Of a DNA stretch of 32,000 nt, positions 26,292 through 32,000 are shown in pieces (position 1 is the stretch's first letter; each line of letters starts with the position of its first letter). A program made the position numbers and the translations under genes. This DNA is from Candidatus Omnitrophota bacterium (GTDB lineage: Bacteria; Omnitrophota; Gorgyraeia; Duberdicusellales; 4484-171), in contig JAIPHU010000008.1 of assembly GCA_021735045.1 (NCBI GenBank), positions 16,216 to 48,215 on the forward strand. The letters are read 5' to 3'. Below the pieces are notes generated by a model, which did not search any database, had not been told where the DNA came from, and worked only from the letters and a program-made list of their open reading frames with translations.

Positions 26292-27948
26292 TAGTAAACT
26301 CCCTTTTTTTAACAGTGGTTAAATCACCTTTCTTAAAAATCAAAAGGGGTTCATTTTCAAGCTTGAAAAAGTCTGAATTGAGTTCATCAAACATTTGTGA
26401 TTTATTTATTTTTTTCATAAAAGAAGTCAACTTTTTAGTAGCATCTTCATAACTATCTTCTATAATCCCAACAATTTTGAGATTATTAATGCTTCCTTTT
26501 TTTGCCTGAGAAGAACTTCCGCCCTTAGTTGCTGCATTGCCACCCTGTTTGCTAGAGCTATCTCCACCCATTTCAAAAACAGTTAGATGAGCATCCGCAG
26601 GTAAATTATCTACTATTAAATCGAATAACTCCATGGGAATTTTATTAATCTTATTAACTTTTTCTATAAATTTATTTTGATTATTTGTTTTTTGTCTTAT
26701 AGATTTTATATAATTATTAACTTGAGAATAATTTTGATATTGCGGCAGAGAAAAACTACTTTTAATAGTTTGCAGTTTTCTTTCTAAAACATTTTTCCGT
26801 ATAAATAGGCTAAAAGATAAAAATCCTAATGCAAAAATAACAATCATAGTTCCTTGGATAATGTGTATCTTGATCTTTCTTTTCTTTTTCTTTTTCCTAA
26901 CACTTAAGGGAAGAAAATTTAAAGCCGGATATTTTATCTGTAGATTTAATATTAATCCTAAACTAACCGCATAGGAAGGCCCTAAGGATAGGTCGCTTAT
27001 ATTATATTTATTTGATATTTTGATATTCTTTACAATGTCTATACCAAAAATTTGTATATTACCTCTCATATTTTTCTTTATATGCTCTTTATATAACAAA
27101 TTTTTAAAAACAGTTCCGCTGAATATTATTTTACTAATTGACTCTTTATTGCCTGTCTTTTCTTGATGGTATGCAAAAGACCTTCTAATCTCAGAGATAA
27201 GATAACTCCAATTTTCTTCTATAACTTTATCCGCTTGTTCACTAGATTCAACAAATAACTGGGAAGCTGTTGCCTTGGTCACTTTCAATTTAGTCTGAAT
27301 AGAATTAATAAAATGGTAGGCTCCAAAGGGGATGCTCCTGGTAAAAACAAGCGTTCCTTTTGAAAAAATAACTATATTTGTATTTTCAAACCCAACATCA
27401 ATTATACTATAACTATATGGGGGCTCTTTTAAATATTCACAATAAGAGATTAAGCTTGAAGAAGTAGAACCAATAAATTCTAGTTTGGTTCCTTTTTTTT
27501 GGAACAATGAGAAAAACCTCTGAATAACTTCCTCTTGCATAGAACCAGCTACAACTTCAAAACGAGAAGCTCCCGTTTCTTCATCCTTAAACAAACGTAG
27601 ATCATATCTTACAATATCTGACTTTGTAGGAGCTGGAAAGATTCTATTCCTTGCTTCTCTCAATATTACAGATTTTAAGTCTTTTTTAGGCATCTTAGGC
27701 AAATCAAACACAGCTGCATTAAAACTAGCCTTGGGAGGTGAAAGGACTACTTGAGAAGATCTTAAACGACTCAGGGGAATTGTTTTATGTAGCTCTTTGA
27801 AAAATAATTCTTCCTGAAATTCACCCTGATCATTAAAAGGAGTTAAAAAAGAAGCCTTATTTAAAACAGTCAAGGCCTTCTTTCCAGAAGTTGCCTCGAT
27901 TATTTTTGTTGAATATGCTCCTATGTCAATACCAATAATATTATTCAT
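26251..27948 (-). CDS. PilM-PilN fusion (GspL-like architecture): actin-like ATPase domain, TM helix and periplasmic domain
   Basis: 565 aa. N-terminal IGIDIGAYSTKIIEA actin-fold phosphate-1 motif over a ~345-aa domain. This is followed by a basic stretch KKKKKRKIK, a TM helix (MIVIFALGFLSFSLFI) and a ~180-aa tail. Confidence 0.7.
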   Translation of the reverse strand: MNNIIGIDIGAYSTKIIEATSGKKALTVLNKASFLTPFNDQGEFQEELFFKELHKTIPLSRLRSSQVVLSPPKASFNAAVFDLPKMPKKDLKSVILREARNRIFPAPTKSDIVRYDLRLFKDEETGASRFEVVAGSMQEEVIQRFFSLFQKKGTKLEFIGSTSSSLISYCEYLKEPPYSYSIIDVGFENTNIVIFSKGTLVFTRSIPFGAYHFINSIQTKLKVTKATASQLFVESSEQADKVIEENWSYLISEIRRSFAYHQEKTGNKESISKIIFSGTVFKNLLYKEHIKKNMRGNIQIFGIDIVKNIKISNKYNISDLSLGPSYAVSLGLILNLQIKYPALNFLPLSVRKKKKKRKIKIHIIQGTMIVIFALGFLSFSLFIRKNVLERKLQTIKSSFSLPQYQNYSQVNNYIKSIRQKTNNQNKFIEKVNKINKIPMELFDLIVDNLPADAHLTVFEMGGDSSSKQGGNAATKGGSSSQAKKGSINNLKIVGIIEDSYEDATKKLTSFMKKINKSQMFDELNSDFFKLENEPLLIFKKGDLTTVKKREFTIEATIKEEVYEGF

Positions 27949-27957
27949 ATTTATCTA

Positions 27958-29151
27958 TTATACTACATTCATCATTTGAACCAAGGGTAATATTACAACT
28001 AACGCCAGCGAACCAATAATCACCCCCATTAATATTATCAAAAGCGGCTCTAAGATAGCAAAAATAGCCTGCATCCTATGAGGAATTTCTTTATCATAAT
28101 AGGCACGAGCTTTTTCAAAGGCAGCAAACAAGCTGCCTCCACTTTCTCCCACATGAATCATCCTGACTAAATTATTCGGAAATGTCCCTACTAAGCTAAA
28201 GGCAGTAGTTAGATCTCCTTTTACCCCAACACTTTCTTTAATTTTTTGAACAGAATTTTTTAGATAGATGTTTCCTAAAGAATTTTCGGCCAACTCTAAG
28301 GTAGTCAGGATCGTAATTCCATTTTTTAAACATAACTCCATAGAACGAACAAACTTAGACATGTTAACATCATAGATTAATTTACCAAAAATTGGAAGCC
28401 TTAATTTATACTTATCATAAATAAACCTTATTTTAGGGTTTTTTAAAGCAAAAATCGTTCCAGCTATTACAAGAAAAAGGAAACCAAAAATAAGATACCA
28501 ATAACTACTAAATATTCCGCTCGCCTGCATAGCCATTTGAGTTGCAATTGGTAGCTCACTACCTAACTCTGAAAAAATTGCTTGAAATTTAGGCAAAATA
28601 AAAATAAATAAACCGCTGATTAAAACTGACATTAAAATAATTATAATTGCTGGATAAATCGACAGCTCTATAATCTTTTTGCGCAAATCTTGCTTCCATT
28701 CTAAATGGTTGCTAAGCTGTTCAATAGTTTTTCCTAAAGCTCCCGTACTTTCTCCACTAGCAATAGTTGCTATATAAAATTCAGAAAAAGTACGAGGATG
28801 ATGCCTTAAGGCCCCCGCTAAAGTTCCGCCCGCTTCAACATGATGGCTAATATCAGTTAAAATAGCAATTATCTGAGGATCTTTAGCATCATAGATTAAA
28901 CCTTTTATGCTCTCTGCTAAAGTTAAACCTCCTTGAAGAAGAGAAGCTAAGTTTCTGGTAAAATTTATTTTTTGTTTTTCTTTAAGTTTTACATTTTTTC
29001 TAGCTTCATAGGCTTTATCTTTTTTTAATGAAATTAAAAAATAACCTGAATCAGCAAGCTTTTCTTCTAGATTAGACTCATCTTCAGCATGCATTGCCCC
29101 TGTTTGTTTGCTTCCTTTATTGTCTCTTACTGTATAGATAAATCTTGGCAT
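27958..29151 (-). CDS. pilC: Type II secretion system F family platform protein (PilC/GspF)
   Basis: 397 aa with the duplicated GspF-domain pattern (LASLLQGGLTLAESI... / MELCLKNGITILTTLE...) and three TM segments. Confidence 0.88.
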   Translation of the reverse strand: MPRFIYTVRDNKGSKQTGAMHAEDESNLEEKLADSGYFLISLKKDKAYEARKNVKLKEKQKINFTRNLASLLQGGLTLAESIKGLIYDAKDPQIIAILTDISHHVEAGGTLAGALRHHPRTFSEFYIATIASGESTGALGKTIEQLSNHLEWKQDLRKKIIELSIYPAIIIILMSVLISGLFIFILPKFQAIFSELGSELPIATQMAMQASGIFSSYWYLIFGFLFLVIAGTIFALKNPKIRFIYDKYKLRLPIFGKLIYDVNMSKFVRSMELCLKNGITILTTLELAENSLGNIYLKNSVQKIKESVGVKGDLTTAFSLVGTFPNNLVRMIHVGESGGSLFAAFEKARAYYDKEIPHRMQAIFAILEPLLIILMGVIIGSLALVVILPLVQMMNVV

Positions 29152-29664
29152 CTATTTTTGCCTCCAGCTTTCTGAAACTACAGATCCGGTTTGATCATCA
29201 TCTACTCCATCACCATCCGGATTAGGCGGTGGATTATTAGGAAGATCGTCTCTTATTCCTTCTAAAGTTACTTCTATTTTTTTAGAAGCCAAAACATTTG
29301 TTCCTTTAGCGATTCTGCCCTCTGCGGTAATTTCTCTTTGATCATCGCTTCCTCCAGAAGGATTTTCTAGTATGTATTTATACTGATAATCATAAGAATC
29401 AGCTAGATTCTGATCTAGGCTATCAGACCAATCCGTAGAATTAGGGCCGGGAAAATAATAAGTTCCATCCATCCAATAGTTTGAAAGGGTGTCTATTTTA
29501 GCTTTTTCAAGACCAGCATGAGCTAAATAAAAAGCAGCTAATGAATACTGTTGACGTTTTTGTCTTTTTGTTTCCTGTTTTACGATAAAAAAAAGACCGG
29601 CCACCAATACTACTATCAAAACTAGTAAAAAAAGGACAAATAACAATGCCTGTGTTTTTTTCAT
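29152..29664 (-). CDS. PilX/GspK-like pilus-tip or minor-pilin-associated protein, with no prepilin cleavage motif
   Basis: 170 aa. N-terminal TM helix followed by AFYLAHAGLEKA, which resembles the PilX N-terminal domain. C-terminal NPDGDGVDDD motif. Located after three minor pilins. Confidence 0.5.
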   Translation of the reverse strand: MKKTQALLFVLFLLVLIVVLVAGLFFIVKQETKRQKRQQYSLAAFYLAHAGLEKAKIDTLSNYWMDGTYYFPGPNSTDWSDSLDQNLADSYDYQYKYILENPSGGSDDQREITAEGRIAKGTNVLASKKIEVTLEGIRDDLPNNPPPNPDGDGVDDDQTGSVVSESWRQK

Positions 29665-29671
29665 TTTATTA

Positions 29672-30226
29672 TTAATTCCTTACCCAAACTTGTGTTCTAA
29701 AGATTTCCTTTTTCCCTTTTTTGTTTAAATCAAGAATTATGGTAACCAAATTTCCACCAGTGACGCTGAATTCAGTATCAGCTCCAGTATCAACCAGTTC
29801 AACTAATTCCTGTTTAACGCTAGTAGCTTCTATGAGCGAATTAACTCCACCCGATAAAGGAAAAACATCTACACCTCTATAAATTACTCCTAAATCCCCA
29901 TAACTGCTTGAGCCATCGCCTTCCCAATACCAAACTCTATCCCAATTACCATCAAAACCTATGTCTACTTCCACTTTCAAGACATTTCCCAAGCCTGCCA
30001 TCGAAGAAGCATTTACGTTTTTTCCTTCTCTAATATCAGCGCTCATATACTCTAGGGCCCAGCGAGCCTGTTGGACTAAATCTAGCTTATATTTCACTTC
30101 CTTCCATGAATTTTGAATACTAAACATTACTCCACCTGTTGCTGCAACTACTAAGGAAAAAATAAAGATAGCTATTATTATTTCAACAAAAGAAAAAGAT
30201 TTTCTAATCTTTTTGTTTTTTACCAT
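29672..30226 (-). CDS. Minor (pseudo)pilin with a prepilin-type N-terminal domain (PilW/GspJ position)
   Basis: 184 aa. Class III signal-like N-terminus MVKNKKIRKS|FSFVEIIIAIFIFSLVVAA with Glu at +5. Confidence 0.7.
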   Translation of the reverse strand: MVKNKKIRKSFSFVEIIIAIFIFSLVVAATGGVMFSIQNSWKEVKYKLDLVQQARWALEYMSADIREGKNVNASSMAGLGNVLKVEVDIGFDGNWDRVWYWEGDGSSSYGDLGVIYRGVDVFPLSGGVNSLIEATSVKQELVELVDTGADTEFSVTGGNLVTIILDLNKKGKKEIFRTQVWVRN

Positions 30227-30228
30227 AA

Positions 30229-30633
30229 CTAATATTTTGCTTCTAAAGTAACAACCTCAAATTGATTATTTTTCCAGCTGACTTTTACTTTATTTTCACT
30301 AAGCATACCAGGATCTAAAACCCCATCACCATCTACATCCACAGATTCTTCTGTTACAGTAGTTTCGCGGGTAAATCCATCAAATTTACCGGAAGGATCT
30401 AAAACCGCGCAGTCCTCAGTCCCGCTATCAGCAGGATCTACTGTATTTAAAAAAGCAAGCTCTTCTAACTTCCCTCTTACCAAATTTAAGGCTACCGTTC
30501 TATTTTTTGAACTTTCTGCAGCTAAAAAACCTTTTCGAAAAACCGGAAGCACTGCAGCCATAATTAAACCTAAAACAAAAACAGTAATAGTTACCTCAAC
30601 TAAACTAAAGCTTTTTCTTATGTTTTTTCCCAT
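30229..30633 (-). CDS. Minor (pseudo)pilin with a prepilin-type N-terminal domain (PilV/GspI position)
   Basis: 134 aa. N-terminus MGKNIRKS|FSLVEVTITVFVLGLIMAAV with Glu at +5. Carries a VDVDGDGVLD motif. Confidence 0.7.
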   Translation of the reverse strand: MGKNIRKSFSLVEVTITVFVLGLIMAAVLPVFRKGFLAAESSKNRTVALNLVRGKLEELAFLNTVDPADSGTEDCAVLDPSGKFDGFTRETTVTEESVDVDGDGVLDPGMLSENKVKVSWKNNQFEVVTLEAKY

Positions 30634-31082
30634 TTAATAAATCCCGTATCCGGATAAATAGTTATTTCGGCTGATTCATCTTTATAATTTAAGGTAATAA
30701 TTGTTTTTTGACTTGAATTAGTTGTCCCGTAAGGAGTCTTAAATTCTAAATCTGTAACGCTAACTCCCCCTCTATCAAGCGAAAAACTATCTAGTCCAAA
30801 GTGTTCTTTTTTAATAAGATTGGCAGGTGAGATGCTTCCTTTATAAAAAGAAGCTTCTTTTTCTGTAGTATCAAAAGAAAAAAAATAGTTATCATGATTA
30901 TCGTCATAGGCCGCAGATAGTTCTCTGGCCCAAGAAAGCATACTTACCATCTTTCTAGTTTGAACTTCTAATTTTTTTGGTGAAAGAGCCATCAAAGTTA
31001 CCCCAATCGTTACAGAAAGAAGCGCAACAACTCCCACTACAGTCACTAGTTCAATAAGGGTAAAACTTGATTTTTTCTCCAT
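30618..31082 (-). CDS. Minor (pseudo)pilin with a prepilin-type N-terminal domain (FimT/GspH position)
   Basis: 154 aa. N-terminus MEKKSS|FTLIELVTVVGVVALLSV with Glu at +5. Overlaps the next minor pilin gene by 16 nt. Confidence 0.72.
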   Translation of the reverse strand: MEKKSSFTLIELVTVVGVVALLSVTIGVTLMALSPKKLEVQTRKMVSMLSWARELSAAYDDNHDNYFFSFDTTEKEASFYKGSISPANLIKKEHFGLDSFSLDRGGVSVTDLEFKTPYGTTNSSQKTIITLNYKDESAEITIYPDTGFIKWEKT

Positions 31083-31092
31083 CTTTAAAAAT

Positions 31093-31121
31093 ATTATATC
31101 AATACCTTTGAGTTAATTCAA
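31093..31121 (-). promoter_or_regulatory. Near-consensus sigma70 promoter for the minor-pilin operon (TTGAAT-17-TATAAT)
   Basis: The minus strand reads TTGAAT (31121..31116), a 17-nt spacer, TATAAT (31098..31093), then ATTTTTAAAG-ATG. There is no Shine-Dalgarno. Confidence 0.5.
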
Positions 31122-31232
31122 CTTATCATTTTTTGATAAAAAGAAAAGGCAAGTGTTATTAAAGAAATAAATGTTGACAGCTGTGGTAAATAAATTATAT
31201 ATTTATAAAAACAACTAATAAATTACTTAAAA

Positions 31233-31861
31233 TCAATTTGTATCGTAAAACAACAATTTGCGGAAATCTCTATAGCCAGGTGAAGAACCAACATTCTCAT
31301 ACCTTACATTTCCAGTTTCAAGATCACCATCATCAATCTTTTCATCTATTTTAAGCGCAACAGAACGAGGAACTTCACAACCTAGCCCGCCTTCTTTGCA
31401 TTCATCACCCATTTCAAGATCAAGATCATCAATCCCATTTTCATTATAATCAAGATTTCTACTTAACCAATAAACACCACCCCAGGGATGCATAGTAATA
31501 TTGCTCTCTAAGTAAGGCCCATCCCAGCCAGAATAGCCCGGATCAGAAAAAAACCAGCATTTTCAACCCGTATATATCTTCCTGATGTTCCCGGCCAATG
31601 GCCTGTATCTGCATAAAAAGTCCCAGCTGCAGCTTTAAAAGCTTCCCAATCAGCTATCGCCTTAGAAATCTTTGCTTTTTCAATCGCTTTAAAGGCATTG
31701 GGAGCAATAATTGCAGCCAGGATAGCGATAATAGCTATAACTACAATCAGCTCGATTAAAGTAAATCCCGTTAAAAACTTCTGTTTTCTGTCATATTTTC
31801 TTTTTTCTGACAGAGCAAAAGATTTTTTATCCAAACTTGGACTCTTAAAAATCATAAACAT
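31233..31861 (-). pseudogene. Major pilin (T2SS GspG / type IV pilin-like) interrupted by a 1-nt frameshift in a homopolymer
   Basis: ORFs 31508..31924 and 31233..31493 are two halves of one pilin. The first half has KFLTG|[23 protein letters not shown]. The second frame reads [27 protein letters not shown] and is continuous with the downstream ORF. The switch is at T7 on the minus strand (A7 at 31547..31553 on plus). The start is uncertain: ATG 31861, ATG 31855 or TTG 31834. The track start at 31924 overlaps the upstream paralogue and is unlikely. Confidence 0.8.
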
Positions 31862-32000
31862 CTTTAACAAGTATCCAGTGCACATCGCTACCTCCTCGAA
31901 AATCTCCGCTGCTTCTATCTCCATCGTCTACTTTTTCATCTATTCTATCACGAGAAGATGAGGGCATCGGACAAGCCCCGTTTCCTCCATCAGCAGGATT
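31845..32000 (-). CDS. C-terminal end of a second, paralogous major pilin; the N-terminus is outside the window
   Basis: My minus-strand translation from 32000 reads [51 protein letters not shown]-stop (TAA 31847..31845). It parallels GGLGCEVPRSVALKIDEKIDDGDLETGNVRY in the downstream pilin. Confidence 0.65.
   Translation of the reverse strand, partial: NPADGGNGACPMPSSSRDRIDEKVDDGDRSSGDFRGGSDVHWILVKDVYDF

Noticed and set aside
31174-31202. Plus-strand promoter-like TTGACA-16-TATATA pointing antisense into the pilin gene
   Set aside because: The TTGACA is a good hexamer, but the -10 candidate is generic AT-rich sequence in an AT-rich spacer. No plus-strand gene or structure lies downstream. 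An antisense RNA to the pilin cannot be excluded but has no support here.
31862-31924. N-terminal extension of the pilin ORF to the ATG at 31924 ([21 protein letters not shown]...)
   Set aside because: This stretch overlaps, in another frame, the conserved C-terminus of the upstream pilin paralogue, which ends at 31845. Starts at 31861, 31855 or 31834 give a sensible basic leader before G|FTLIEL.
31698-31961. Plus-strand ORF of 87 aa across the pilin N-terminal region
   Set aside because: Its hydrophobic Ile/Ala-rich sequence is just the reverse-complement reading of the pilin transmembrane helix codons. It overlaps two pilin genes.

Overview
This is an AT-rich bacterial chromosomal window. 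All 33 supported genes lie on the minus strand. In transcription order (32000 to 1) it starts with the distal part of a type IV filament / T2SS-like cluster. That cluster holds two tandem major-pilin paralogues (one split at a homopolymer), three minor pilins, a PilX/GspK-like protein, PilC/GspF, a PilM-PilN fusion and a PilO-like protein. Tightly packed housekeeping operons follow: tgt; trmD; rplS; rnhB-fchA-folD-metF-flavoprotein-GuaB3-like; guaA; dnaE-HU; hisS-aspS-LysM lipoprotein-phoH-7TM-HD; ybeY-recO; queF-apbE; panB; purB; and purL, which is a PurS-PurS-PurL fusion running off the window start and is absent from the ORF track. I found no rRNA, tRNA, CRISPR array, transposase, integrase or recognisable defence gene. 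The standard genetic code fits, since TAA, TAG and TGA all act as stops. The ORFs do not explain a set of structured AT-rich repeat modules that fill almost every long intergenic spacer and so punctuate the operons. These are tandem TRGTTAAT octamer arrays abutting start codons, convergent CGAAT/ATTCG arrays, a TACGTT-based long hairpin, and a 154-bp unit with perfect 19-bp inverted termini. I did not find a convincing new multi-gene system. The most unusual items are the repeat modules, the pilus cluster (frameshifted major pilin, Ser at -1 in all minor pilins, DGDGV motifs, T2SS-like order), a bacterial-type AspRS lacking its insertion domain, and a methyl-branch C1 module with an atypical flavoprotein. 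All functional calls rest on motif recognition by eye, with no database search.
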